A stretch of 64,000 nt of DNA. Source: an uncultured virus (IMG/VR IMGVR_UViG_3300016472_001133) (taxonomy: Duplodnaviria; Heunggongvirae; Uroviricota; Caudoviricetes). The stretch lies in IMG/VR virus record IMGVR_UViG_3300016472_001133. One strand, 5' to 3'. Within the stretch, counting starts at the first letter, position 1, and the number at the start of each line of letters is the position of its first letter. Made by a program: the position numbers and the translations under genes. A model generated the notes under the pieces. The model ran no database searches, was not told the DNA's origin, and was given only the letters and a program-made list of their open reading frames with translations. Positions 1 to 9,416 of this stretch are shown in pieces.

Positions 1-233
1 TCTTGTTTGAGGTTGTTCACTAGTGAATCTGGGTTGGGTGATGGTAGGATGAGAAAGTTGGAGTTGATGATTTGCCCCATACCTGTTCCGCAGGAGATTC
101 CGAGTTTATCGATGAACAGTGAGATTCTATCACCATCCCCTAGAGGATCGAAGAAAACAGCACAGGGAATCCCCTTGAAGTGGGTTTCCATCCAGAGTTG
201 AACCAGATCGATTCGGGTTGGTGTGGTGTTCAT
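1..233 (-). CDS. Hypothetical protein, runs off left edge (MNTTPTRIDLVQLWMETHF...)
   Basis: ATG at 233 sits 6 nt after the -10 of the promoter at 240-269; frame open to the edge. Confidence 0.65.
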   Translation of the reverse strand, partial: MNTTPTRIDLVQLWMETHFKGIPCAVFFDPLGDGDRISLFIDKLGISCGTGMGQIINSNFLILPSPNPDSLVNNLKQ

Positions 234-239
234 ATTTTT

Positions 240-269
240 ATTCTATCATCCCCCCGCGGAATTTTGCAC
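240..269 (-). promoter_or_regulatory. Phage promoter, leaderless type
   Basis: GTGCAAA-N17-TAGAAT-N6-ATG. Confidence 0.75.
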
Positions 270-518
270 CCAAACATATAGGTTAACCACCCCATCCAGT
301 TCATATTTTCCGGTGCGGAACCCGATTTTCTCCATGGAAGTGAGCCATGAGCCGTGGGCATTCTTCTCATCCCACCGAGAATCGTGGGTATAACCACCGG
401 TACACAACCAATTACCACCAACCTCAGGTTTTCTAAAACCACGGTTCTTACCTGATTTAATTTGTGGAAGGGAGGAAATACCTCCGTTGGTATCCCTCCC
501 AAGTTGCTCGAGTTTCAC
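246..518 (-). CDS. Hypothetical protein
   Basis: GTG start overlaps stop of upstream gene (GTGA). Confidence 0.55.
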   Translation of the reverse strand: MKLEQLGRDTNGGISSLPQIKSGKNRGFRKPEVGGNWLCTGGYTHDSRWDEKNAHGSWLTSMEKIGFRTGKYELDGVVNLYVWVQNSAGG

Positions 519-742
519 TTTGGATCTACTTTCAATAATTCCATCATCAAAACAGTGTTTTGATTCATACCGGAACAACACGTATCCAGGATCAAATTAT
601 TTCCACTTGGAAATAGAAGGGTTAACCTCTCGGTGTTTCTAAACTCACCTTCACCTGGATTACCTTCCTCATCCAGATTTTCATAGGTGTAAAAAACAAT
701 ATCTCCCTTCTCCACCAAAAAATCAAGTGATTCGTTTTTCAC
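515..742 (-). CDS. Hypothetical protein
   Basis: ORF coupled by 4-bp overlaps. Confidence 0.65.
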   Translation of the reverse strand: MKNESLDFLVEKGDIVFYTYENLDEEGNPGEGEFRNTERLTLLFPSGNNLILDTCCSGMNQNTVLMMELLKVDPK

Positions 743-1170
743 TTTGGATCCTTTCCAATTCTTTCAAACACCCGAGTAAATCCACCTGCGCACCTCCTCC
801 AGGCGGAATGTGGATGATAACCTGATTCACGATCCAGTTTATCGATCAACTGGAATACCTGATCAAGGTTTACATTTCCCCCAAAAACTTCCTGAGGATC
901 TCCATCACAATCAACAATGAGAATGAAATCCCCGCTTGGAGGTGAAACAGGTTTTACCTTTGGAATTTCCTCCGAGGGAATCAATTTTGTGATCCACTCA
1001 TAATCCACCAGTAACCTACCAACCTCTCTTACACCACCTTCCTGAGTAAAAAGTGTTGCTCCACTTGGATCTGGAATCCATTCCTCATGATCCTTGAACC
1101 AATATCGGTTTTTGGTGTTGGAATCAAAGGGATCTTTGTATTTGATCAGGTATTTTTGATCGGGATTCAT
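739..1170 (-). CDS. Hypothetical protein
   Basis: 143-aa ORF, 4-bp overlaps on both sides. Confidence 0.75.
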   Translation of the reverse strand: MNPDQKYLIKYKDPFDSNTKNRYWFKDHEEWIPDPSGATLFTQEGGVREVGRLLVDYEWITKLIPSEEIPKVKPVSPPSGDFILIVDCDGDPQEVFGGNVNLDQVFQLIDKLDRESGYHPHSAWRRCAGGFTRVFERIGKDPK

Positions 1171-1454
1171 AGTTCATCCTTTGGAATAACCTTGAAGGAA
1201 TCTGTGTGGTACCCAAACTTCACTAGGCCATCCTTACCCACAAAAACACCGTGGCCTGGCATACCAATCACTTCACCGAGGAATAGAACTGGTTCACCGT
1301 TCTTCCAGGGGTACTGGTTCTTCTCATCCCATTCCTTGGGGAGATGAGGTGTTACCATCCGGTTGGTGATTGGAACGGGGCCATACATCCTTTTCACAAG
1401 ATCATCAAGATCTTCCCAGGTTTCAACTTGTTCGTAATCATTATATAGAATCAC
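1167..1454 (-). CDS. Hypothetical protein
   Basis: Coupled ORF. Confidence 0.7.
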   Translation of the reverse strand: MILYNDYEQVETWEDLDDLVKRMYGPVPITNRMVTPHLPKEWDEKNQYPWKNGEPVLFLGEVIGMPGHGVFVGKDGLVKFGYHTDSFKVIPKDEL

Positions 1455-1630
1455 TTTTCATCCTCCTCGAATTGATGGTAACCAACCAGATCACAAATTT
1501 CACGAATGAAATCCGGTGAATTTAGGATGATCCTATCCGATTGGTAGATGGATTCGGAACAACCTATCTCATTATCTCGTATGAATTTTTGGCAGAGAAG
1601 AAGAAGTTTTTCTCGGGTTTCATGATTCAA
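1451..1630 (-). CDS. Small hypothetical protein (59 aa, TTG start; below ORF-track cutoff)
   Basis: Fills the gap exactly, with TTGA and GTGA overlaps. Confidence 0.55.
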   Translation of the reverse strand: MNHETREKLLLLCQKFIRDNEIGCSESIYQSDRIILNSPDFIREICDLVGYHQFEEDEK

Positions 1631-1815
1631 TCGTAATCGTTTTGGAACTCAAGGGTGAGTAGATCACCTTCCAACTTCGTTTCAAACCTACCGAACTTCA
1701 TAACTTCCTTCAGGAATGTTTCGGTATCATTTGGAAAATTATGGATTGAATCAAATGAACCAAACCTGGATTGGAGTTCAGAATCCCAGTATCGAGCAGT
1801 AACTTTGGCTTTCAT
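1627..1815 (-). CDS. Hypothetical protein
   Basis: ORF in the minus-strand run. Confidence 0.65.
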   Translation of the reverse strand: MKAKVTARYWDSELQSRFGSFDSIHNFPNDTETFLKEVMKFGRFETKLEGDLLTLEFQNDYD

Positions 1816-1818
1816 GAT

Positions 1819-2076
1819 TCAATCCTCTGTGTTTGGTTTTGGGAAACTCCGTTCATCATCAATCAACCCTTCATGTTGAAAGAAGATGTTCTCGGCTTCT
1901 TTGAATAGAGAACGGAGATCCTCATAACCCATCTCAATTGAATTAGTTCTTTCTCCGTGCCCATCGGTGATGGATACCGAAAATTGCTTGTATTCAGGTG
2001 AGTAGTGGATCGAGATGTTGTTCTCTTCCGAATCTTGAAAGTTGGTTGAGTAAAATCCCATCTTCTTCTTCCTCAT
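1819..2076 (-). CDS. Hypothetical protein
   Basis: ORF in the minus-strand run. Confidence 0.65.
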   Translation of the reverse strand: MRKKKMGFYSTNFQDSEENNISIHYSPEYKQFSVSITDGHGERTNSIEMGYEDLRSLFKEAENIFFQHEGLIDDERSFPKPNTED

Positions 2077-2079
2077 GGT

Positions 2080-2445
2080 TCACCATCGATCTCGATCAAC
2101 GGAATCCCTGAACACCCTTCGGATGGAATCCATTTGATCCTCTAGTTTTTCCAGGCGATCCTCTAGCCCAACCACCTTGGTTCGAAGAACCGTGATACAT
2201 TCACGAGGATCCTCATGTTGTTCATGAAGTTCACCGCAGTAATCACACATGGAATCCTTGATGTATTGTTTCAGTTCTTCCTCACTGGGTTCAACCTTTT
2301 GGTTCTTCCCACAGGAACACCTGTATTCAACCTCGAAATCCCAGGTTTGGTAGTTATCCTTTGGGCTCTTTGGGCCTTTTACCCAGGAATGAAACTCCCA
2401 GAAGTGTTTGTGTTTTGGTTTCTTAGGGGTTTTCTTGGTTTCCAT
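2080..2445 (-). CDS. Hypothetical Cys/His (possible Zn-binding) protein with coiled-coil tail
   Basis: HxH, CxCG and CxxCG motifs; leaderless start. Confidence 0.7.
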   Translation of the reverse strand: METKKTPKKPKHKHFWEFHSWVKGPKSPKDNYQTWDFEVEYRCSCGKNQKVEPSEEELKQYIKDSMCDYCGELHEQHEDPRECITVLRTKVVGLEDRLEKLEDQMDSIRRVFRDSVDRDRW

Positions 2446-2451
2446 GGTTCT

Positions 2452-2481
2452 AGTATATCATCACCCCGCGGAACTTTACAC
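2452..2481 (-). promoter_or_regulatory. Phage promoter, leaderless type
   Basis: GTGTAAA-N17-TATACT-N6-ATG(2445). Confidence 0.8.
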
Positions 2482-2670
2482 TTAACCCACGAGATGCCGA
2501 TCCGATTTAAACTCTTTGATGAAGATCCAGATGAGGTTCCACAGTGAAGTTCCGATGTACAGATAAGCACCGTGGGAACAACACCAACACCTACCTTCAC
2601 TAATTTCACCGGGTTTTGAACGGAAGAACCTGGGGAATCGGGGTGGAGAATATAGAGGGATTGGGTTCAA
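2482..2670 (-). CDS. Hypothetical protein
   Basis: Coupled ORF. Confidence 0.5.
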   Translation of the reverse strand: MNPIPLYSPPRFPRFFRSKPGEISEGRCWCCSHGAYLYIGTSLWNLIWIFIKEFKSDRHLVG

Positions 2671-2918
2671 TGTGTAACTCCAACATTCTGGGAAGAAATC
2701 GGTTTCATGGTTAAGATCATGTTCACTTTCTCGATAACATCCCTGCTCATCTGGAGGATCTCCTTTGCTTTTCCTTCATCAAAGTTTTCTGGATATTCCC
2801 CAGTTTCCAGGGCATGGCCCCAGAATGAGATCGAGTGGTGAAGTGATGCCCGGATCACCATGAAATCCTGTTGGGTTACAGGAACCGAAACTGTTTCTGG
2901 TTGATTATCTCCGCTCAT
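2667..2918 (-). CDS. Hypothetical protein
   Basis: Coupled ORF. Confidence 0.65.
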   Translation of the reverse strand: MSGDNQPETVSVPVTQQDFMVIRASLHHSISFWGHALETGEYPENFDEGKAKEILQMSRDVIEKVNMILTMKPISSQNVGVTH

Positions 2919-3307
2919 GGTTTCTCCCTCAATTCCTTGGTGATTCTCACATCGGTGATTCCATTATCCCTCAACACTGTTGCTCCGGTGAAACCAAGTT
3001 CCACATCAGGAACAACACTAATGGAATCATTTGGGATTTTAACATCCATTTGGTGTGCATAGTGGTTCATCACATGGATGATCCGAGGAACCATATCCCA
3101 ATTGTGGGTAAGAATGGTGAACTTTAATTCAGGATTCTCCACAACCTTCTGGATTGTTTCAATAATCATCCGAGTTGTTCTCCCGGTTTGGCGGAGCCCA
3201 AAACACTCGGTGTTTCCTTCCTTCATGTTCTCATCATATCTCTTTACAAAAAATTCCTTTGGATCAAGAAATTCCCTCAATCCATCATTCACCAAGATCT
3301 TCTTCAT
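2915..3307 (-). CDS. Hypothetical protein with degenerate P-loop-like RQTGRTT
   Basis: GLRQTGRTTRMI motif; coupled ORF. Confidence 0.6.
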   Translation of the reverse strand: MKKILVNDGLREFLDPKEFFVKRYDENMKEGNTECFGLRQTGRTTRMIIETIQKVVENPELKFTILTHNWDMVPRIIHVMNHYAHQMDVKIPNDSISVVPDVELGFTGATVLRDNGITDVRITKELREKP

Positions 3308-3615
3308 GGTTCCTCCTCCACTTTTAGATTCTCCACCGCGTTCCGGAGATTATCGATCTTTTCCAGGAGGATATCCTTATTGAAACCCACGAAACCTGGA
3401 AGTGTATCGATCACCCTCACAACCTCCACCGGAAGGTGGGAAAGGCTCTGGTACCTGATCACCTCACCACCGTTAACGGTTACCAACAATCTCTTTGGAA
3501 CATCCTTCTCCTGGATCGGTTCCGTAACCTGGATCATGGTAACCAAACGAGGAAGAACGTTATCCTCCTGTGGTTTTACACCATCAAACACACCGCTTAG
3601 ATCAATGTTATTCAT
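3304..3615 (-). CDS. Hypothetical protein
   Basis: Coupled ORF; start refined to MNNIDL. Confidence 0.6.
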   Translation of the reverse strand: MNNIDLSGVFDGVKPQEDNVLPRLVTMIQVTEPIQEKDVPKRLLVTVNGGEVIRYQSLSHLPVEVVRVIDTLPGFVGFNKDILLEKIDNLRNAVENLKVEEEP

Positions 3616-3829
3616 TAGTTTCTCCCACCTTCGTTTCAATGGTTAGAATAGGTTTTCCATTAGAATCCAGTTTGATATTCTTCAGGTTGATCTCAATTGG
3701 TTCAATTGCATCAGGAACCAATCCTCCCAATCTTGCCATCTGATTATGGTGTTTCAATGCAATACCAAGATCAGATTCATTTTCAATCCTGTGATCAGTT
3801 TGGATGCTCTCAACCTTAAGTTTCTTCAT
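3608..3829 (-). CDS. Hypothetical protein
   Basis: Coupled ORF. Confidence 0.6.
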   Translation of the reverse strand: MKKLKVESIQTDHRIENESDLGIALKHHNQMARLGGLVPDAIEPIEINLKNIKLDSNGKPILTIETKVGETNE

Positions 3830-4101
3830 GGTTCCTCAGGGATTGGTTCGTAGCAGTAATTAATAATCGTGAAATCTGGTGAAACAACTGTGATGCTCAC
3901 CGAATCTGGTGAACTGGAACTTCCTACTTCCCTATAAAACCTACCATCGGTACTAATGGTATGTTTCTTATCTGAACTACCTTCCTCATCCTCATAATGA
4001 ATGAATGCGGAATTACCGATCCAATAGATGGTTTCACACCCTTCATTCTCAACCTTTTGAACAATTCTAGGTGATCTTTTGATCTTTGTTACTTTCTTCA
4101 T
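3826..4101 (-). CDS. Hypothetical protein
   Basis: Coupled ORF. Confidence 0.65.
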   Translation of the reverse strand: MKKVTKIKRSPRIVQKVENEGCETIYWIGNSAFIHYEDEEGSSDKKHTISTDGRFYREVGSSSSPDSVSITVVSPDFTIINYCYEPIPEEP

Positions 4102-4172
4102 GGTTCATCCTCCTCATCAATTTCCACCCCAACATGTTGTAGAAACTCGGAGAAGAATTCTAAATGTTTCAT
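4098..4172 (-). CDS. 24-aa mini-ORF MKHLEFFSEFLQHVGVEIDEEDEP
   Basis: Follows TGTAAA-N17-TATGGT; its stop overlaps the ATG of the next gene. Confidence 0.45.
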   Translation of the reverse strand: MKHLEFFSEFLQHVGVEIDEEDEP

Positions 4173-4242
4173 ATTTCTAACCATATCAAAGGTTCTATTA
4201 AATTTACAAAAAGAATCTTTTTTCTTATCTTTACTTATATTT

Positions 4243-5214
4243 ATGGTAATGGAGATAAGAGGAATGTTTTACGTTTATGTGGATTATCGTGAAGATGATG
4301 GAAAACCTTTTTATGTAGGAAAAGGAACTAAATCGAGAATTAAAGATCTAAATCGAAATCAACTTCATGAAAGAATAAAAAACAAGCATGGGATAATCAG
4401 AAAAATTGATTCTGAACATGTTGATGAAAATGAAGCTTTTAAAAGAGAAATTGAGCTTATCCAAGAGCTTGAAACACATGTTGATTTTGGAAAAGGTGGA
4501 TCAAATTTTACCTTTGGTGGAGAAGGTTGTGTTGGGATAAGTGAAGAAAGCAAAGAAAAAATAAGAAACTCCGTAAAATCAATATGGGAAGATGAAGAAT
4601 ACAAGAGAAAAACTAGTGAATCAATTAAAAAATCAATGCAAGAGATTTGGAATGATTCTGATTCGAGAGAAAAACTTGGAACGAAGTTTTCTGATTTAAC
4701 AAAAAAAGCATGGGAAAATTATGAATTTAGAGAGAAACAAATAGAAGCAAGAAAAGATGAAGAGTACAGAAAAAACATAAGTGAAAAAACAAAAGAGATT
4801 TGGGAAGATCCTGAGCATAAATCATCTCGAAAAGCTTCTATGAAAAAGGCGTGGGAAGATCCTGAGCTTAGAAAAACGTTGAGTGATTCTTTGAAGAAAA
4901 CCTGGGAAAATCCTGAGCTCAGAGAAAAGATGAGTGAGTTAAATAAGAAAAGATGGGAAGATCCTGATTACAAAGAAAAAACTAGAGAATCAATAAAGAA
5001 AGCAGTAAACAAACCTGAATATAAAAAAAGATCCAAACAGATCGCAAAAAAACAGTGGGAAGATCCTGATATAAGAGATTTAAGAATCAAAAAAATGAAA
5101 GAAGCTCATAGCAAAAGAACCCCTGAACAAAAGAAAGAACACCTTAAAAAGTGTTGGGAAACAAGAAGATTAAACAAGCTTAAAAAAGAAGCTGAGGGAA
5201 AAGATTCTAATTGA
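4243..5214 (+). mobile_element. Free-standing GIY-YIG homing endonuclease with WEDPE helical (NUMOD3-like) repeats
   Basis: FYVYVD...PFYVGKG..R...E motif; repeated KKxWEDPE; AT-rich and opposite strand to its neighbours. Confidence 0.8.
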
Positions 5215-5234
5215 TCTTTTAGATCTCTGTTCTT

Positions 5235-5738
5235 TTATTTCTTCTCATCCAACTTTCTCATGTTCCAAATCTTTTTGGGATCATATTCCAAGGAATATCG
5301 AACGGATCCACCTTCACTATTTTCTGGAATCTGGGATTCAATATCCTGGATAAGTTGTGAGTGATAATCAGGATCCAATTCGATCTCCCATGGGATTCCT
5401 TCCTCATCCTTCACCACAACCTTCACACCAACCCTTGGAGATGGTTGAGGAATATTTTCTTCATCCTCATCAGGTTCAACCCCAACAAATTCAATGAATT
5501 TTTGGAACCATTCCAGGATTTCAACATCATCATGGTAATTGATTGAGAGAAAAGAAGAATCCCATTCGTTGGATCTCCAGTGCCAAAAATCGATCACCTC
5601 GGATTCACTAACAAAAACACCAAGGTTTCTCTGTAGAACCTCTTGGATAAACTTCACATCACCTGGATCATGGTACAACCCAGAGGTTCCATTCCTACAC
5701 TGGAAGGTTTTGGTTACAAGATCTTGATTGATTTTCAT
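5235..5738 (-). CDS. Hypothetical protein
   Basis: 167-aa ORF with no Ala. Confidence 0.75.
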   Translation of the reverse strand: MKINQDLVTKTFQCRNGTSGLYHDPGDVKFIQEVLQRNLGVFVSESEVIDFWHWRSNEWDSSFLSINYHDDVEILEWFQKFIEFVGVEPDEDEENIPQPSPRVGVKVVVKDEEGIPWEIELDPDYHSQLIQDIESQIPENSEGGSVRYSLEYDPKKIWNMRKLDEKK

Positions 5739-5926
5739 GGGATATCGTTGGTGATCGAATTGATCTCGATCAACTTTCTCCTGAGGGTTTCAACCGTAAC
5801 CTTTAGGTTTCCGATGCAGGTTACCTTATCATCGTGAAAGTATGAACCTTTGAACTCGATGAATTCCTTTCCTTCAGGAATCAGATCACCGCAATTGGAA
5901 CAAAACTTTGATTTTGATTTCTTCAC
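5735..5926 (-). CDS. Small Zn-ribbon-like protein
   Basis: CSNCG...HxxxxxC. Confidence 0.6.
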   Translation of the reverse strand: MKKSKSKFCSNCGDLIPEGKEFIEFKGSYFHDDKVTCIGNLKVTVETLRRKLIEINSITNDIP

Positions 5927-6114
5927 GGTTTATCCTCCTCCCAAGGAACCGATTGGATCTGAAATGAACTAAAATCTTCCTTGTACATCTTTTCGTTATC
6001 GTTCAACCAAACCTCTGCCTTCTTCTTTGAACTATGAGCACTAAGGCACTTAATCCTACCACACTCATAATCAGGATCCGGAGTTGATTGAACTACGATC
6101 CAAATCTTCTTCAT
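5923..6114 (-). CDS. Hypothetical protein
   Basis: Coupled ORF, start MKKIWIV. Confidence 0.6.
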   Translation of the reverse strand: MKKIWIVVQSTPDPDYECGRIKCLSAHSSKKKAEVWLNDNEKMYKEDFSSFQIQSVPWEEDKP

Positions 6115-6386
6115 TGTTTCTCCTCCACCTTCATTGATCCCCAATCCACACGAAGTGATTCAGGATCGATTCCCAACTCTACGCACTTCTCCTTGAGGAT
6201 GTTCTCGTACAGGTTCCTTATGTATTCCCGATCACTATTAAACTGTTTCTCAAGGATCTCACGGGATTGATTCTCACCGATGTGTTGGGTTCCTAGGGCT
6301 TCTCTGATCTTCCTGGAGATGTAATCGATTTCATCGTGAACCCCAAGATCGATTTCCTTGCACGGATTTTTATCGGAATTGCTCAC
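6111..6386 (-). CDS. Hypothetical protein
   Basis: Coupled ORF. Confidence 0.65.
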   Translation of the reverse strand: MSNSDKNPCKEIDLGVHDEIDYISRKIREALGTQHIGENQSREILEKQFNSDREYIRNLYENILKEKCVELGIDPESLRVDWGSMKVEEKQ

Positions 6387-6604
6387 TTGCTCTCCTCCAC
6401 CTTCATCTCATCATTCACCAGAATTTCAAGATCATCAAGTTCCTGGAACTGGGTGTTGAGGATAGAAAGAACCCTTAAGATCCTCTTGGATGTGGTTCCC
6501 TTTGCGGTGCTCTTGATCCAGTGTTCATCATGAATTTTTTGAAGATCCATGATCAACACATCGAGATCATGAATCACATCATTGATGTTCTTGGGGTTGC
6601 TCAT
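6383..6604 (-). CDS. Hypothetical protein
   Basis: Leaderless start after promoter 6611-6640. Confidence 0.7.
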   Translation of the reverse strand: MSNPKNINDVIHDLDVLIMDLQKIHDEHWIKSTAKGTTSKRILRVLSILNTQFQELDDLEILVNDEMKVEESK

Positions 6605-6610
6605 GGTTCC

Positions 6611-6640
6611 ACCTTATCATCCTCCCGCGGAACTTTGCAC
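6611..6640 (-). promoter_or_regulatory. Phage promoter, leaderless type
   Basis: GTGCAAA-N17-TAAGGT-N6-ATG(6604). Confidence 0.7.
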
Positions 6641-6943
6641 ATCCTCACCAACCTTTAGGATCTTCATGACTTCCTTTAGATCCTCTGGAAACTCACCGCA
6701 CCGGTTTCGGTTCATTTCCTCCAGGAGCTCCACAATCATTTCCCGGTAGGAATCCGGGTGGTACTTGGAATCGGTGAAGTTAACCACCATTCTATCCTGA
6801 ACATCAGGTAGTTTTAGAAACCATTCCCCAATGTGAGGTGGTGCGAGGAAGAACAATTCCAATAACTGGTGGTTTTCCTTGGTGATTCCTTGTTCCGGTG
6901 CGAGTGGTGGATCAAGATGAATTTCATAACGGGATTTATTCAC
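6617..6943 (-). CDS. Hypothetical protein
   Basis: Coupled ORF. Confidence 0.65.
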   Translation of the reverse strand: MNKSRYEIHLDPPLAPEQGITKENHQLLELFFLAPPHIGEWFLKLPDVQDRMVVNFTDSKYHPDSYREMIVELLEEMNRNRCGEFPEDLKEVMKILKVGEDVQSSAGG

Positions 6944-7212
6944 TTCGAATCTCCTGGGGGTGGTGCATGTAACCCGGCCTCCAACTTTCCGTAATCATGG
7001 AGGATCCTCTCGAGGTGTTCCTGGAGAAGTTCCGTTAGAAACTCACCCGTGTAACCAAGGTGGGCCACCATCAACTCTACCCGGCTCGGGGCAGGAGAAC
7101 CACCTAGAGGGGAATCTTTAAAATGTAGGTGTTCATCACTATCCAACCCACGCCTGATTAACTCGGAAAACAAACAACTCAACCACTTCTCGGTATCGAT
7201 TTCTTTGCTCAT
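6940..7212 (-). CDS. Hypothetical protein
   Basis: ORF with purine-rich RBS-like leader. Confidence 0.65.
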   Translation of the reverse strand: MSKEIDTEKWLSCLFSELIRRGLDSDEHLHFKDSPLGGSPAPSRVELMVAHLGYTGEFLTELLQEHLERILHDYGKLEAGLHAPPPGDSK

Positions 7213-7255
7213 CCTTCTTCTCCTTGATCAAGGTACCACATGAGGTGGAGGAATT

Positions 7256-7582
7256 TCACTCATCACCCTTCATTCTTTTTTCCACCATATCCAGGTAGAA
7301 AGGAATTGCACCTTGAGGAAGAGGTTCCACGGTGAATAAATTCCTTGCAACCTGATCGTAGTTAATCCTACCTCCGGGCCTCCCCAATGTATCGTGGAAG
7401 GGATTGTAAAAATCACCCCATAAAACCTCCACCTGATTATCGGAGGTTTTTCTCACAATGGTTCCGGTGGAACTGGAGTAAAGGAAACGAACCATATCTC
7501 CAATTTTCCAATCAACCTCATCGAGTAGTTTTCCATCGAGGGTGAGGAGGGAGGTGATGAATACCGTGTTTATTTCACTCAT
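7256..7582 (-). CDS. KOW/SH3-like protein with C-terminal capsid-like peptide
   Basis: WKIGDMVRF motif; tail ARNLFTVEPLPQGAIPFY. Confidence 0.55.
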   Translation of the reverse strand: MSEINTVFITSLLTLDGKLLDEVDWKIGDMVRFLYSSSTGTIVRKTSDNQVEVLWGDFYNPFHDTLGRPGGRINYDQVARNLFTVEPLPQGAIPFYLDMVEKRMKGDE

Positions 7583-7763
7583 GATATTTTTGAAACTCCT
7601 CGGGGAGGATGATTTGTTCCGGGCGGAAATAAACCTGTTTCCCATCAGGGAGGAGGGTTAGGTAGGATACAATCCCATAGGAATTCCACCCAACTCTCAG
7701 GATTATCCCCGCTCGGTGTGGTTCACCAAAGAAATTGGTAAAACACAAATCACCAACATCCAT
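7575..7763 (-). CDS. Small KOW/SH3-like protein
   Basis: MDVGDLCF start, leaderless. Confidence 0.65.
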   Translation of the reverse strand: MDVGDLCFTNFFGEPHRAGIILRVGWNSYGIVSYLTLLPDGKQVYFRPEQIILPEEFQKYHE

Positions 7764-7769
7764 AACCAC

Positions 7770-7799
7770 ATCCTATCATGGCTCCTCGGGGTTTTGCAC
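7770..7799 (-). promoter_or_regulatory. Phage promoter, leaderless type
   Basis: GTGCAAA-N17-TAGGAT-N6-ATG(7763). Confidence 0.75.
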
Positions 7800-9416
7800 T
7801 TCCTCGGGTTCCACCATATCATCCGTGAAATTAGGAATACGGCCATCCTCGGCCAAACGTTTCATCAAACCTTCCACGTGTTTCAAACTAGAATCGGTTG
7901 GAGGTTGTGTTCTACTAGGCCGAGGTAGGATACTGGCCAACCAAAATGCCTCGGTTGGTACCAATTCACCAGGGCCCTTGTGGAACCAATACATGGAACC
8001 GTTTCCAACTCCATACTGATTAGGGCCAAATTCAACAACGTTTAGGTACAACTCCATGATCTCATCCTTGGAATAACAAGATTCCAGGGCCTGAGATAAG
8101 AAGAATTCCTGAACCTTTCTACCCAAGGTTTTTTCTCGGGTCAACCAGAGGTTCTTGGCCAACTGCATTGTGATGGTACTTCCACCTCGGAGAAAACGGC
8201 CTTGTTTTAGGTTATCCAGGAAACTGTTGCTGAAGGCCTGAACAATGAATCCACGGTGATGTTCGAAACCAGGATCCTCCATGGTGGTTACGGCCAGGGG
8301 CATATCTCCGGTCATCAACAATGAAACCCAGCTTCTGGTACCTCGGCCGGTCTCCCTCTCGAATGGTTTTCCTTTGGGATCATAGGCCGTGTAGCGGAAT
8401 GGCTTCCGTAGGTTTGGAAGTGAATCACACCGGGCCCTGCAATCGGACCTGAGGTTGAAGGTAGGTTTGGGACGGAACCCGATGGAAAAACTGGATTTAC
8501 CTGTCATCTTCACCCCTGAAAGTGGGCCGATCTTCAGGTTGGGCGGAAGTGAATCGATCCAGGTTCCGCATTCCTCCTCCCCTGAAATCGTAAGTGATTT
8601 TGGTTCAACCCCGATGTGGGAACCCCCAACGGTGAGGCTCCACCTGTCTCCGTGGCCAACACTCACCTTTCCTAGTTCCAACCAATCCCCGGCCAACCAT
8701 GGATGTTTTACCTTTAGTGATTCAACCTTGATGGTATCGGGTTTTCTGGATGCCATCACACCGTGAGAATCGATGAGGAATTCTTGGCCTTCGAAGGTTA
8801 CCTGAACCCCTACCTTATCCACCTGGGCCACCTTGGTTTTGGTGTTGAAGGTGATGTTCTCTGCGGTGAGGTTCTTTACCTCAGCACCTCTGAACTTCAT
8901 CAACTTCATTTCTGCCCGGCCCACGGTGAAACTATCATCTTCCCGGTTGAAACAACCGTTCCCGGTGGTGATGTTTGGAACCTCCAACCTGGCCGAGGAG
9001 AAACACACCTTGGGGCCATCGGTTCGAACACCTTCCATGGTGATGTTGTGCCCCGTGTGGGATACCTTCACACCAAGGTTTCTTAGTTGAATATCCCTCT
9101 TTTGAACGGTAAACCCATCCGGTTTATCATCCCCTTCTGGTTTATCATCCAGGTTCACGGTCAGGTTTCCACCCCTCAGAACAACATGTTCACCGCGGAA
9201 ATCAGAGGTTATACTTTCCAGATCACCGGAGATCCACCCACGGTTGAAGGTAACCCCTGATAGGGTGAGCACGAAAGGTAACAACTCTAGATTTACATCC
9301 GTGAATTCAACTCCTGGTAACCTTTTCTCTACCTGCCACCGGAGGATCTTCGGGTAAGAAAGGAATGCCCCTGAAACCAGGGTACATATGATCAAAAAAA
9401 TTTTGCTGGTTTTCAT
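7776..9416 (-). CDS. Membrane-anchored monofunctional peptidoglycan transglycosylase (GT51, MtgA-like)
   Basis: EDPGFEHHRG, GGSTITMQLAKNL, RKVQE, KDEIMELYLNVVEFG motifs; N-terminal hydrophobic helix; no transpeptidase domain seen. Confidence 0.88.
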   Translation of the reverse strand: MKTSKIFLIICTLVSGAFLSYPKILRWQVEKRLPGVEFTDVNLELLPFVLTLSGVTFNRGWISGDLESITSDFRGEHVVLRGGNLTVNLDDKPEGDDKPDGFTVQKRDIQLRNLGVKVSHTGHNITMEGVRTDGPKVCFSSARLEVPNITTGNGCFNREDDSFTVGRAEMKLMKFRGAEVKNLTAENITFNTKTKVAQVDKVGVQVTFEGQEFLIDSHGVMASRKPDTIKVESLKVKHPWLAGDWLELGKVSVGHGDRWSLTVGGSHIGVEPKSLTISGEEECGTWIDSLPPNLKIGPLSGVKMTGKSSFSIGFRPKPTFNLRSDCRARCDSLPNLRKPFRYTAYDPKGKPFERETGRGTRSWVSLLMTGDMPLAVTTMEDPGFEHHRGFIVQAFSNSFLDNLKQGRFLRGGSTITMQLAKNLWLTREKTLGRKVQEFFLSQALESCYSKDEIMELYLNVVEFGPNQYGVGNGSMYWFHKGPGELVPTEAFWLASILPRPSRTQPPTDSSLKHVEGLMKRLAEDGRIPNFTDDMVEPEEVQNPEEP

